DNA of 64,000 bases, from NCBI GenBank assembly GCA_964291215.2, contig OZ219791.1:2016001-2080000 (forward strand), read 5' to 3'. This DNA comes from Alphaproteobacteria bacterium. GTDB taxonomy: Bacteria; Pseudomonadota; Alphaproteobacteria; MPNO01; UBA830. Below are positions 34,370-45,108 of this stretch, piece after piece. Within the stretch, counting starts at the first letter, position 1, and each line of letters begins with the position of its first letter. The notes beneath the pieces were generated by a model. It searched no databases, was not told the origin of the DNA, and was given only the letters and a program-made list of their open reading frames with translations. The translations under genes and the position numbers were made by a program.

Positions 34370-36700
34370 TCAGGCGTCCGCGCGGCGACGGATGTCGTCG
34401 ACGGCCATGAGGATCGCTTCCGGCGTGGCCGGCGCGTCGAGGCGTGGCAGCAGCCGGTGGCCGGCCAGGCTGCTGACGGCGTCGCGGATCGCGAGCCATA
34501 CCGCGATGGCCAGCATCAGCGGAGGCTCGCCCACCGCCTTGGACCGGAAGATGGTCGGCACGCGGTTCGGCGCGTCTTCGAGGATGTGGGACACGAAGTG
34601 GGCCGGCACGTCCCGGCTTCCCGGAATCTTGTAGGTCGACGGCCCGTGGGTGGCGAGGCGACCCCTGTCGTCCCAGACCAACTCTTCCGAGGTGAGCCAG
34701 CCCATGCCCTGGACGAACGCGCCCTCGATCTGGCCGAGGTCGATGGTCGGGTTCAGGGACGCGCCGCAGTCCTGGAGAATATCGACGCGGAGCGTGCGCG
34801 ACTCGCCGGTCAGCGTGTCGATCGCCACCTCGGCGGCGCAGGCGCCGTAGGTGAAATAGTAGAACGGGTTTCCCGTCATGGTTTCGGGATCCCAGTGGAT
34901 TTCCGGAGTCCGGTAATGGCCGGTGGCCGACAGCAAGATCCGGTCCTTCCAGGCCAGTTCCGCGACTTCCGCGAAGGACAGGCTCTCGTTGCCGGCATAG
35001 ACGCGGTTCTGGCGGAACCGGATCGATTCCACCGGTGCCTGCAGATGCCTGGCCGCGACCTTCGCCATTCTCCCCCTGATCTCCTTCGCCGCGTTGAAGG
35101 CGGCCATCCCGTTGAGGTCGGAGCCGGCTGAAGCCGCGGTCGCCGACGTGTTGGGCACCTTGTCGGTCCGCGTGGCCGACACGCCGACATGGGAAATGTC
35201 GATCTGGAAAGTCGAGGCGACCACCTGGGCGACCTTGGTGAAAAGCCCCTGGCCCATCTCCGTGCCGCCGTGGTTGAGATGGACGCTGCCGTCGGTGTAG
35301 ACATGCACCAGTGCGCCGCCTTGGTTGAGGGTGGGCAGGTTGAACGAGATGCCGAACTTGACCGGCATCAGGGCAAGCCCCTTCTTCAGGGTTGCATTGT
35401 CCCGGTTGAAGGCCGAGACCGAACGCCGCAGCCTCCGATAGTCGATTTCCCGGGTGAGCCGGCCCATGAGTTCGGGCATGATGTTGTCGCGGACCTTCTG
35501 GCCGTACGGGGTGAGGTTGCGCTTGCGCTTTCCGTACCAGTTGACGGCGCGGATCCGCTCGATGCTCTTGCCGAGCTGTCGCGCCACATGCTCGAGCGCG
35601 GTTTCGATCGCCAGCATGGCCTGTGGCCCCCCGAAACCGCGGAAAGCGGTGTTGGACACGGTGTTCGTCCGGCACGGCCAGCCGCGAAATAGCGCGTTCG
35701 GGATGTAATAGGCGTTGTCGAGATGGCACAGGGTGCGGCCGAGAACCCCGGCCGTGAGGTCCGTGAAATTCCCGGCGCGGGCGGCGCAGTCGAAGACGGC
35801 GCCCTGGATGCGCCCGTCATCGTCGACGCCGAGGCGGTAGCGGAACAGGAAGTCATGGCGCTTGCCGGTGGCGACCATGTCGTCATCGCGGCGCAGCCGG
35901 AGCTTGACCGGCCGTCCGCCGGCGCGGGCAAGAAGCGCCGCGATCGCCGCAATCCCCGTCGCCTGGCTTTCCTTGCCGCCGAACCCGCCTCCCATGCGCC
36001 GCACCTCGACGGTGACGGTGCCCAGCGGCTGGCCCAGTACATGGGCCACCCCGTGCTGTACCTCGGTCGGATGCTGGGTCGACGAGTACACCGTCATTTC
36101 GCGTTCCTCGCCGGGAACTGCGAGCGCCGCCTGCGATTCGAGATAGAAGTGATCCTGGCCGCCGCAGCGGATCTCGCCCGAGATCTCGTTGGCCGAAGCG
36201 GCAATCGCCGCCTCGGCGTCCCCGCGCACGATCCGCGGTGGCGAATAGGTGTAGAGGCCGCGCTCCCAGGCCTCCTCTATGGACAGTACCGGTTCGAGTT
36301 CCCGGTAGGCGATTACGACAAGGCGCGCAGCCGCGAGCGCCTCGTCCCAGCTGTTGGCGGCGACTGCGGCGATGGGCTGGCCGGCGCAGGTCGCGACGCT
36401 TTCCGCCAGCACCTGTTCGCCGTCGAACACGGGTGCGACATCGTTGATGCCCGGAATGTCGGCGGCGGTGATCACGGCGGACACGGCGGGAGCCGTGGCG
36501 GCGGCGGCGGTATCGATCGACAGTATCTCGGCGTGCGCGTGCGGGCTCAGGACCAGTGCTGCCTCCTGCATGCCCGCGGGCAGCGGCATGTCGTCGATGA
36601 AGAGCGCTGCCCCCGTCACATGCCTGAGCGCGCTGTCGTGGGAGGTGGCGGTGTGAACGGCGCCGTCGACATCCCCGATCGCAGTGGCCGGCCGCCCCAT
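34370..36700 (-). CDS. xdhB: Xanthine dehydrogenase molybdopterin subunit
   Basis: GQDHFYLE, RRMGGGFGGKE, AFRGFGGPQ, VKFGISF, SKAVGEPP. Confidence 0.96.
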   Translation of the reverse strand: MGRPATAIGDVDGAVHTATSHDSALRHVTGAALFIDDMPLPAGMQEAALVLSPHAHAEILSIDTAAAATAPAVSAVITAADIPGINDVAPVFDGEQVLAESVATCAGQPIAAVAANSWDEALAAARLVVIAYRELEPVLSIEEAWERGLYTYSPPRIVRGDAEAAIAASANEISGEIRCGGQDHFYLESQAALAVPGEEREMTVYSSTQHPTEVQHGVAHVLGQPLGTVTVEVRRMGGGFGGKESQATGIAAIAALLARAGGRPVKLRLRRDDDMVATGKRHDFLFRYRLGVDDDGRIQGAVFDCAARAGNFTDLTAGVLGRTLCHLDNAYYIPNALFRGWPCRTNTVSNTAFRGFGGPQAMLAIETALEHVARQLGKSIERIRAVNWYGKRKRNLTPYGQKVRDNIMPELMGRLTREIDYRRLRRSVSAFNRDNATLKKGLALMPVKFGISFNLPTLNQGGALVHVYTDGSVHLNHGGTEMGQGLFTKVAQVVASTFQIDISHVGVSATRTDKVPNTSATAASAGSDLNGMAAFNAAKEIRGRMAKVAARHLQAPVESIRFRQNRVYAGNESLSFAEVAELAWKDRILLSATGHYRTPEIHWDPETMTGNPFYYFTYGACAAEVAIDTLTGESRTLRVDILQDCGASLNPTIDLGQIEGAFVQGMGWLTSEELVWDDRGRLATHGPSTYKIPGSRDVPAHFVSHILEDAPNRVPTIFRSKAVGEPPLMLAIAVWLAIRDAVSSLAGHRLLPRLDAPATPEAILMAVDDIRRRADA

Positions 36701-38109
36701 TACTGCCGCTCCGCTGCGCCGAGCGCCATGATGTCGATCTCGCCGTCGGGCGCGGCGGTGTCGCGCCACAGGCGGATCAGCAGGTTGGTAGCCACCCGCA
36801 TCCGGTAAACGGCGCTGCCGCGATGATCGGTGATCGGGCGGAAGTCCTCGGCCAGCGCGGCGCCGGCGCCGAGCGCCGCGGCTTCGGACCACGCCATGCC
36901 GCCGAGCGCGTCCTCAGCCTGGCGCGCGCGCGCCGGAACCGCATCCATGCCGCCATAGGCGATGCGCGCGGCGGCGACCGCACCCCCACTGAGGGTGATG
37001 CGGTAGGCCCCGATGACCGTCGAGATGTCCTGGTCGTAGCGCTTGGATACCTTGTAGGCGCGGAAGATCTCGCCGGGTGCCGGCTTCGGCAGGCGGATCG
37101 CGCGAATGACCTCATTGTGTTCGAGCGTTGTCCTGCGGTAGCCGACGAAGAAGTCTTCGATTGGGATCTCGCGTTCGCCGCCCGGAGATGACAGGACCAG
37201 GGTCGCGTCGAGTGCGATCAGGCAGGGCGGGGTGTCGCCGATCGGTGACGCGTTGCCGATATTGCCTCCGATGGTGCCGAGATTGCGGATCTGCCGCGAG
37301 CCGAGCCGACGCACGATATGCCCGAACGAGGGGTAGAGAGCCTCGAGCGCCGGCAGGGCCTCCGTGTAGGTCACCGCGGCGCCGAGGGTCACGGAATCCG
37401 GAGCCTCCTCGATGGCGCACAGCTCGCGCACACGGGCGGTGTGCAGCACCGAAGGCGGCTGCCGCCGCGCCTTGCTTACTTCCAGGCCCAGATCGGTGCC
37501 GCCGGCGAGCAGCATCGCGTCCGGATGTTCGGCGCGCAGCGCGAGCAGTTCGGGCAGGCTTGTCGGGGCGAAGAACACGTGTCCGTCATGACGCTGCGCC
37601 GGCGTCGATTCCGGCGACCGGGCAGGGCGGTGAAAGGGGGAGAGCCCGGCCTCGCGCGCCGCGTCCACTATGGGGCGATAACCGGTGCAGCGGCAGAGGT
37701 TGCCGGCAAGGGCTTCGTGGATCGTGTCGTCGGTGAGCGGTCCGGTCTCATGGCCCAAGGCGACCAGGGCCGAGATGAATCCCGGGGTGCAGAATCCGCA
37801 TTGCGTGCCTCCGAGGCGCGCCATCGCCTCCTGGATCGGCGTGATGCGGCCGCCATTGGCGAGCTCGAGGCCCTCGATCGTCAGGATCTCGGTGCCGTCA
37901 GCCTGGCCGACCAGCATGAGGCAGGCATTGACCGCTTCGTGCCGTCCGCCGCTGCCGATGCGGATGATCGTACAGGCGCCGCAGTCGCCCTCGGCGCAGC
38001 CCTCTTTGGCGGCGGTGAGATGGAGCCGGGTCCGCAGGTAGTCGAGCATCGTCATCGAACCGGGTGCCTCGGCCCGGTGGAGGGCCCCGTTCAGGACGAA
38101 ATGGCTCAT
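36700..38109 (-). CDS. xdhA: Xanthine dehydrogenase Fe-S/FAD subunit
   Basis: KEGCAEGDCGACT, QCGFCTPG, GNLCRCTGY, AGGTDLGL, KVSKRYDQDIS. Confidence 0.96.
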   Translation of the reverse strand: MSHFVLNGALHRAEAPGSMTMLDYLRTRLHLTAAKEGCAEGDCGACTIIRIGSGGRHEAVNACLMLVGQADGTEILTIEGLELANGGRITPIQEAMARLGGTQCGFCTPGFISALVALGHETGPLTDDTIHEALAGNLCRCTGYRPIVDAAREAGLSPFHRPARSPESTPAQRHDGHVFFAPTSLPELLALRAEHPDAMLLAGGTDLGLEVSKARRQPPSVLHTARVRELCAIEEAPDSVTLGAAVTYTEALPALEALYPSFGHIVRRLGSRQIRNLGTIGGNIGNASPIGDTPPCLIALDATLVLSSPGGEREIPIEDFFVGYRRTTLEHNEVIRAIRLPKPAPGEIFRAYKVSKRYDQDISTVIGAYRITLSGGAVAAARIAYGGMDAVPARARQAEDALGGMAWSEAAALGAGAALAEDFRPITDHRGSAVYRMRVATNLLIRLWRDTAAPDGEIDIMALGAAERQ

Positions 38110-38578
38110 CACGCGCAGCCTCGCAGCGCCCCGCATTCCGAGGGGCGGTTGCCGGTCCGTTGCTGCCAGCTGGCGTGACGGCCGGGCCCGCCGCGTTCAC
38201 GACGCAGGAGCGAAGGCAGAGCGGTGCCGGAACGGCGGGTTCCGTTGATCGGCTCCGGTTCCGCGGGCGCCTGATTTACGGTGTGCATACTGTCCCTGCC
38301 CCTGTCGTTCGCGGAGGCTAATCCACGAACCGGCCGATGGCAACGGTGAATGCGGCCCGAACCGTCCGGGTCGGGAATCCCGCGGGTTCCGGCTCAGTCC
38401 GGCGGGCGGGACAGCGATGCTGGGGGCCGGTTCCTGCGCGCGGTTTGACAGGCGGAGGCGATTTACCCAGATCATGAAGGAGGCGCTAGCTGCCAATTTC
38501 CGTGCGGAGTTCGGTCGTGGTTGCGCGGCCACGCAGACCGCCTCCTTGATGTCGCGCTTGCTGGAGGGCGTCTGAGAG

Positions 38579-38829
38579 ATGATACGACGGTTCACGATCA
38601 AGCAGGGCTCTTCTTTTGTCCGGTTCCGTCCGACGAAGGGCGTTGTAGGTAGATCTGGAGGTCCATTCGGGGGCGGATTTCGTTGTCGATATGCCGGTTC
38701 CGACCTTGAGACGGTGCCACCAACTTCAAGAACGGTCACTCTGACACGGTTGTCCGCCGCCGATCGCGACGACAGAATGGTCCTGCACGATCAAGCACTT
38801 CAAGCGCTTTCGTGAGCAGGCGTTCGATC
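38579..38829 (+). pseudogene. N-terminal stub of an ABC/AAA-type ATPase split by a MITE
   Basis: Removing the MITE and one TSD restores MIRRFTIKHFKRFREQAFD; then cut by an IS66-like GTAAGCG end at 38830. Confidence 0.5.
38603..38785. mobile_element. 183-bp MITE (second family, copy 1)
   Basis: Ends CAGGGCTCTTCT / AGAATGGTCCTG; 10-bp TSD CACGATCAAG at 38593-38602 and 38786-38795; inverted copy at 47332-47512. Confidence 0.85.
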
Positions 38830-39491
38830 GTAAGCGTTCGTCCGTGCGGTGAGGTGTTGTTGTTTTCGTCCGTTTGACAGGCTTTTGTCAGGAAGTTCCA
38901 GCGTCACCCGGAGCGGTTTCGTGCACCGGGATGCGCGGTGAGGGGCACTGGCGTCATGCCGTGTTTTCCGCATTGGTCGCGGTTTTGTCCCGGCGCTGCG
39001 GAGGAGGAGCTGAGCGCCATCCCGTGCCGGTTGCAGAATTCAGCGATTGAGGGCCCGCTTCCAGTCCTTGCGGAGCGGGCCAGATGTCCTTCTTCGGCTT
39101 CTGTCATGTCGGTCGTAGCGGCCGCTGGTTGTTCCGACGCGGCCGGCAGACGCCGCGGCGCGGGACCTCGACCAAGGTCTCGCAGGGCATGGGCGCGGTG
39201 TTGCAGCGCGCGGTCCATGCGGCGTTCGAGAAGCAGCGGCTCGCCGCATGGTAGCGCATCTGCGGCGCCGCCAGGCGCGTGTATCCGAGGCAGTGTCAGC
39301 GGACGGAGCTCGTCGAGGGTCTTCGGGGCGGCGGTGTCCGACGTGATCAGCTTCGGGGCCGGCGGCGGCAGAAGGCGCGGGCGATGGGGTCCGCTCCGTG
39401 ATCGTCGCAGCACTGCGCGACCATGAAGTCGCGCCCTCGCCGCTCACGGCGGCGCTGCGAATCTCCACCGCCTCTCCGGGCTCACGGCAAT
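38830..39491 (-). mobile_element. Degenerate nested transposase remnants, family uncertain
   Basis: GTAAGCG IS66-like terminus; SIAEFCNRHG and LLLERRMDRAL fragments; joins across IS630 to an IR at 40600-40616 that matches the 188-bp MITE. Confidence 0.45.
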
Positions 39492-39493
39492 TA

Positions 39494-40598
39494 GTGTCTT
39501 GTCATTAGTCAAATGTCGGATAAAGGCGTTTGAGTTTCACGCGGGCATCGTCGGTGGTGAACTGCCAATCCACCTTGGCCTGGATGCGGTCGCCTGCCAA
39601 GCGGCAACTTCCCGGCGTAGCACCTCGGTCGATGCGGCGGTTCAGGCGGATCATGACGTTGAGTTCCACCACGTTCAGCCAACTGCCATGCTTGGGGGTG
39701 TAGACGAACTCGAAGCGGTCCCACAGGGCCTTGGCCTCGTCCGGCGGGTAGGCCTCGTAGAGGGCGCCGGGGAGTGTTGAGATTGTCCATCACCAGGGTG
39801 ATGGTGGTGGCATCCTGGTAGCGCCCGGCGATGTCGGCCAGGAACTGCGCCCAATCGATCTTGCGCTCGGTTACCTTGGTCATGCGCTTGCCGGCCAGGG
39901 GTTCCGTGAAGACGTTGCAGGTACCGCAACGTCGATACTCGTAGTCGTTACGCCCGTCCCGGCGCCATGGCGATCGGTTGCCGTGTCTCGCCGGTCGGGG
40001 CGTTTCGTCCATGCAGACCACGGGGAAAGCGGCGGGGCGGCGATCGAGCACCTTCGCTGCGGCGAAGTCGGCGTTCCCTTGAGGAGGAATCACCCACCCG
40101 CTGCCATGGCTTGAGGCAGTTTTTTTTAGAACACGCCGCACCGTCTCGTGTGACACGGTGTAACCAAGCTCGACAACGCGGTCGGCCAGCAGCCGCAACG
40201 ACCATTGCGCGTAACCCTCAGGCGGTTCACCACAACTCAGGGCCACGCGCCTCGAAGACGCCGTCGGCTTTTCGCATATAGGTAGGACGGCGTCCTTGCC
40301 GGCCACCCAATGCCGCCTCCAACCCCTCGAAACGCTTCTTTACTCGGTCTACTTTGCGCATGCTGATGCGCAGAATCTCGGCAATGACCTTCCCGGTCAT
40401 CTGGCATTCATTGAACGCGCCCTCGTCGCAGTTAAGCAGGGCGTTGATTACCTTTTGCGACAGGTGCGAGCCCTTGATCTCCGAAAGTTCTGCCCGTTCG
40501 TCCAAGGTCACCACGTAGCGTTTCATACTCCGACCTCCATCCCGAATGGACGGACAGTCTAGCACCAAATGTACGACATATCATTGCTGACATAACAC
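39494..40598 (-). mobile_element. Degenerate IS630-family element
   Basis: TA duplicated at both ends; WSLRLLA, SHETVRR, VVCMDE, DYEYRRCGT, VMDNLNT. Confidence 0.88.
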
Positions 40599-41182
40599 TA
40601 GCGTGGGATCGCCGTGCGTTCCCACATGACGGGGTTGCACTCGGCTGCTGTGCGAGCTATACGTACATGCGATATGGCAGGATTGTGGTCGGCGCATGTG
40701 GCCGCAAACCTGTTGTACGGGAGGTTGAAGGCATGACCGAGACATCAGGGGATGTTGTGATGCGCGGACTGCCGTGGTCGTTCGGCTACAACGTGAGTGC
40801 CTCACGCGCGCGCGACCTTCGTACCCCCCCCCCCCCCCCCCCCCCCCGATTCGGACGCTGGACTGTATCGGCGGATGACCTTGGGAAGATATCCCGTCGC
40901 CTGAGCGCAAACCTCTCGGTCAGGGAGCCGGCCACGCAGGCGCACCACTTCCCTGACCTGCTTCGACGGGAACACGGCGGCTCACGCCACGCCGTCGGGT
41001 GCCGTTGCTTCAGGACCGAAGCTCTTTCACCTCAGACAACCGGGGTCGCACGGCCCTCGGCGAGCATTCGTTCCCTGGCATTCAAGCCTATGGAGCGGGA
41101 TGGTTCACGCCCGCGCTGCGTCGGAAGCCACTCCATGGCAAGCCCCCCCCCCCGGCGGGTTCTGACACCCCCCTCATCCATC

Positions 41183-41327
41183 GTCTAAAAACACATGGTC
41201 ACAGCCCATCATGTGTTGCACTTCACTATGGAACGGGGGTGGGAAACCGAAACCAAGGCATACATCAAATGAACAGCTCGATGACTGAGAGATTCACGAC
41301 AATTTCCAGACATCAGGTTGCGTAATC
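41183..41327. mobile_element. IS30 left-end fragment (inverted) fused to an IS256 3' end
   Basis: 41183-41239 matches the reverse complement of about 43718-43774; 41240-41327 matches the IS256 3' end and IRR. Confidence 0.75.
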
Positions 41328-41380
41328 GTCCACAACCTAAGGCCCCACTTCACTATAAAACGGGGGAGGAGAAAAGTTCG

Positions 41381-43132
41381 ATGAGAACTATGAAATATGT
41401 GACCTTGGCGGCGCTGGCCGCTGCGGGTCTGGCGCTCGCGGGCTGCGGTGGCGGGTCGAAGAAGCCGGTCGCGATGGGCAACCAGCAGATGGAGATGACG
41501 GACGCCCAGAAGGCGCAGGCGGCCTACGACGCCGCCGCGGCAGCCGAAAAGGCGGCGATGGCGGCCGAGCAAGTGGCCAAAATGCAGCGTGATGCGGCCA
41601 AGAAGGCGTCCCCGACTGAGCGCATCTACTCCACAGGCGGCGACAGCTCGATGGTCAGGGCCAACGCCGAGGCCATAAAAGCCGCGAAGGCGGCGGCCGA
41701 GAAGGCGCTGGCGGACGCCAGGGCGGAGAAGATGAAGATCGATGAGGCGCTGAAGGCGCTGAATGCCCTGCCGGCCGGCACGACCGGCCTTGCGGCGCAG
41801 AAGAAGGTGGTCGATCAGCAGAGCAAGGATGTGGCCGCGCAGATCAAGCTCATCGAGGGGTATCTGACCGGGGCCGGCTCGATCGCAGCCTATCTCTCGA
41901 GTGTCGATACCGAGGCGAAAATCAAGAACCGCGCCGGCGAAACCCCCGCTGGCCTCCTCAGGGAGTCGACAAGGCCCGCGAGGCGGATGCTCTATGCCTT
42001 TCAGCTTGCGGAAACAGCTCGCGCCAGCGGCGCTTACGAAAGCAGAATCATGGGTTCCTACGTTCGGCGTCCGACAGGGGACCTCGCCGCCGGCAGAGGC
42101 AGCGCCATGCCGCCGACGAAGGCCATCACCACCGGGGAGAACGACGATCGGAAATCCATGTTCTATCACAGGTATGACGACGGCGAACTCCCGGCCGGCG
42201 TCATGACCTGGGAGCAGATTGCCGCCAAGGATGGGATGCTCGTGAAGAAGGCCTTCGGCACCGGCAACATGGATGTCGATGTCCTGCCCCTTGCCGGGAT
42301 GCCCCTGTCCGCACTCACCGGCTCGGATGGAACGGCCCTGACGGCGTATCCCACGCTCACCGGCGGCATGCTCGCCGACCAGTATTACAAGGGGGTCAAG
42401 GGGACGCTGTATTGCCAGGGCACATGCAATGCCGAGGGCGGCAAGCTGACCGGCAAGCTGTTCTTCAAGGCGGCCGACGAATTCGACGATGGCTACGCGG
42501 GCTCGTATCGCTACTACTGGATGACGCCGAGGAACTCCCACTACACGACGTGGAATGCCTATGTCCGCTACGGGTACTGGCTGTATGGAACCGGCGGCAG
42601 CGCAAACGCAAACGACACCGGGATCATTGTCCTCGCAAACAGCCCTGCCCTTTATCAAGGGAATGTTGCTGCCAGCACCACTCTCCCGAACACTGCCACC
42701 TACAAGGGCGAAGCCTTTGGCCTGTCGGCGCTGAAGCTCTACACCGCCGGCGAGCACACGGGGCAAAGGTCCGCACGGTTCACGGCGGATGTGACGCTCA
42801 AGGCCACGTTCAGCGCCGCCCCCAAACTGGGAGGTACGATCGACAACTTCATGGGGAATGCCGTCGACGAGGACTGGAGCGTCAAGCTCGCGGAGATCGC
42901 CACCAGTTTCCACGCTCCCAGTAGTACTGGCGGCGATGTCGACGAAGGCGTTGCCACGGGTTCCATAGGCGGCACCGACTTCGACAAGATCGGCAGGTGG
43001 CGGGCTAGATCCTTCAGCCAGGACGGCGAGGGGCGCCCGGCCGGCTTCCTGGGCATATTCAACGCCCACTTCTCGAACGGGCACGCTGTCGGCGCATACT
43101 CGACGAGGATGGAGACGGAGACGGCGGAGTAG
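41381..43132 (+). CDS. Surface lipoprotein with N-terminal coiled coil and C-terminal TbpB/fHbp-like beta-barrel
   Basis: GGAGGAG RBS, lipobox LAGC, Ala/Lys-rich helix, YGYWL, ATYKGEAFG, FTADVTLKATF, GTIDNF, GHAVGAY. Confidence 0.82.
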   Translation: MRTMKYVTLAALAAAGLALAGCGGGSKKPVAMGNQQMEMTDAQKAQAAYDAAAAAEKAAMAAEQVAKMQRDAAKKASPTERIYSTGGDSSMVRANAEAIKAAKAAAEKALADARAEKMKIDEALKALNALPAGTTGLAAQKKVVDQQSKDVAAQIKLIEGYLTGAGSIAAYLSSVDTEAKIKNRAGETPAGLLRESTRPARRMLYAFQLAETARASGAYESRIMGSYVRRPTGDLAAGRGSAMPPTKAITTGENDDRKSMFYHRYDDGELPAGVMTWEQIAAKDGMLVKKAFGTGNMDVDVLPLAGMPLSALTGSDGTALTAYPTLTGGMLADQYYKGVKGTLYCQGTCNAEGGKLTGKLFFKAADEFDDGYAGSYRYYWMTPRNSHYTTWNAYVRYGYWLYGTGGSANANDTGIIVLANSPALYQGNVAASTTLPNTATYKGEAFGLSALKLYTAGEHTGQRSARFTADVTLKATFSAAPKLGGTIDNFMGNAVDEDWSVKLAEIATSFHAPSSTGGDVDEGVATGSIGGTDFDKIGRWRARSFSQDGEGRPAGFLGIFNAHFSNGHAVGAYSTRMETETAE

Positions 43133-43155
43133 CCTGCTCCCGAGCATCGGCGTTC

Positions 43156-43192
43156 AGGCCCCGGCCGCTTCGCGCGGCCGGGGCCTTCTTTC
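43156..43192 (+). terminator. Rho-independent terminator-like hairpin
   Basis: AGGCCCCGGCCGC-TTCGC-GCGGCCGGGGCCT followed by TCTTT. Confidence 0.7.
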
Positions 43193-43245
43193 CTCCGGCG
43201 CCCTCCGGGCGGCCGGAGGTTCCCTTTGCACGGACAGGGGTTTTC

Positions 43246-43635
43246 ATGCGCATACCCGCTCTCGTCATTGCCGCCGGGCTGTGCCTGTTCGCCGCCGCCG
43301 CCCACGGCCAGGACGCGACCGGCCCGCGGTTCCAGGCGGGCATGGAGGCGCTCGCCGCCGCGCAGGCCGCCGCGGACCGGGACGCCCGCGACGGGAGGCT
43401 CGACGAGGCCATTGCGGCGTTCCGGGCCATCCTGGTGGACCGCCCGGACCTGGTGCGGGTGCGTCTGGAACTCGCACACGCCTTCTTCCTGAAGAAGGAG
43501 GACAGCCTGGCGCGGCGGCATTTCGAACAGGTGCTGGCGGGGACGCCGGCGGTGGTCGCCAACATCCGGCGCTTCCTCGACATCATGCGCGCGCGGCGGC
43601 GCTGGGAGGTGCATTTCGGCCTGGCGGCAGGGTAG
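43246..43635 (+). pseudogene. Truncated Slam/DUF560 (type XI secretion) TPR N-terminus
   Basis: Signal peptide, AIAAFRAIL..RPDLVRVRLELA.AFF, NIRRFL..MRARRRW; stops at the start of the barrel. Confidence 0.75.
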
Positions 43636-43720
43636 TCTTACGCTAAATTCTGTCTGATTTTTCAAGACAGTACCTGGGCTTTGCGAGGTTGCGGGTTGGT
43701 GCGGGAGATTTTTTTACACC

Positions 43721-44911
43721 CCCGTTCCATAGTGAAGTGCAACACATGATGGGCTGTGGCCATGTGTTTTTAGACGCATGATGTTGCGGAGCTGTCCAGC
43801 AGCGGCGAAAGTTCCTGTACAAGATGGAGGGAGCTTGTTCATGTCCAAAGGCTACCGTCACCTACGAAGAGCGATGCCAGATTGAGGCAGAAAAGCGGTC
43901 TTTCACAAGGTGCGATTGCTCGGCAGCTGGGCCGATCAACAATTTTCCGGGAGATCAAGCGCAACACCGGGGGACGGGGTTACCGTCACAAGCAGGCGCA
44001 AAGGATGGCAGAGACGCGCCGCAGGGCCGCCTCGTCTGTTTCCTGGCGGTTGACGCCTCGGGTTGAAGCTCAGAAAAAGCTGCGGGAGGGCCCCGAGCAG
44101 CGGCCGTTTTCGACTGGAAGGCCGTGAACGGATCCATGATCGCCGAAGATCGGAGAGCTGGGGGCGTCTTGAAGCTTCGGCGGCGCGGCAAGAAGCCGAA
44201 CTGGAAGGGCGGATGCCATTCCGGCCGGGTGGACATTTCTGGCCGAGTGGACATTTCCGAGCGCCCTGCGGAGGCAAAGGAACGGATCGGCGACTGGGAG
44301 CCATCATCGGCAAAGCTCACAGTGGAGCTGTCGTGTCGCTCGTGCCACGAAATACACCTTGCTGGGTGGACAGAAAGACACGGTCGGTATGATCCGCCTG
44401 CTCGGCTCTGGTGCGCTATTGGTCCACACAATCACAACGGCAAAGAGTTCGCAGACCACAGGCGTGTCGCACTTGACGCAGATTTCTTCTTCGCCTTTCC
44501 ATTCCTGGGAGCGCGGCTTGAATGAGCACACCAACGGCCTGGTGCGGGAGTACTTCCCGAAGGGCACGGACTTTCGCGCGACATGCAACGAAGATGTTCA
44601 GAAGGATCGGCTCAACACTCGGAAAGTCCCGGGATCGCCGACGGAGGTAATCTTGAAGTGAAACCGCCCTGACCATCTGCGTTCCAAAGCCGCAACGTGC
44701 AGCAGGGTCCATGCCGCGCGACGGCGGAATAGTGGCTTGAAGCCGACAAAGGCGTTGCATAAGCTTGATGTTGAAGGAACTGAAGCTGTTTCCAGGCGGA
44801 ATCGAGAGGGGCAGAGGGGAAAGATTTGCGCAACACCCGGCCCTCATCTCCGTTCGGGCTACGCCCTCACTGCGATGAGGGCCGGGTGTTGCACTTCAGA
44901 CTGGAAGTGGG
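43721..44911 (+). mobile_element. Degenerate IS30-family element
   Basis: IRs TGAAGTGCAACAC / GTGTTGCACTTCA; IARQLGRSTI.REIKRN, RIGDWE, NGKEFA, SWERGLNEHTNGLVREYFPK. Confidence 0.88.
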
Positions 44912-45106
44912 GCATTCATTGAACGCGCCCTCGTCGCAGTTAAGCAGGGCGTTGATTACCTTTTGCGACAGGTGCGAGCCCTTGATCTCCGAAAGTTCTG
45001 CCCGTTCGTCCAGGGTCACCACGTAGCGTTTCATACTCCGACCTCCATCCCGAATGGACGGACAGTCTAGCACTAAATGTACGACATATCATTGCTGACA
45101 TAACAC
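44912..45106 (-). mobile_element. 5' fragment of a second IS630 copy
   Basis: Near-identical to about 40403-40598. Confidence 0.85.
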
Positions 45107-45108
45107 TA

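Noticed and set aside
17113-37191. Long antisense or alternate-frame ORFs (e.g. 17113-18981, 25186-26712, 33575-35131, 34014-35729)
   Set aside because: Shadow ORFs of high-GC genes with clear family motifs on the other strand or frame.
34370-38109. Absence of xdhC from the xdhAB-guaD cluster
   Set aside because: xdhC is often encoded elsewhere; this cannot be judged from one window.
44831-44891. Strong hairpin as a stand-alone ncRNA
   Set aside because: It lies within and overlaps the IS30 right end, so it is better explained as part of the element.
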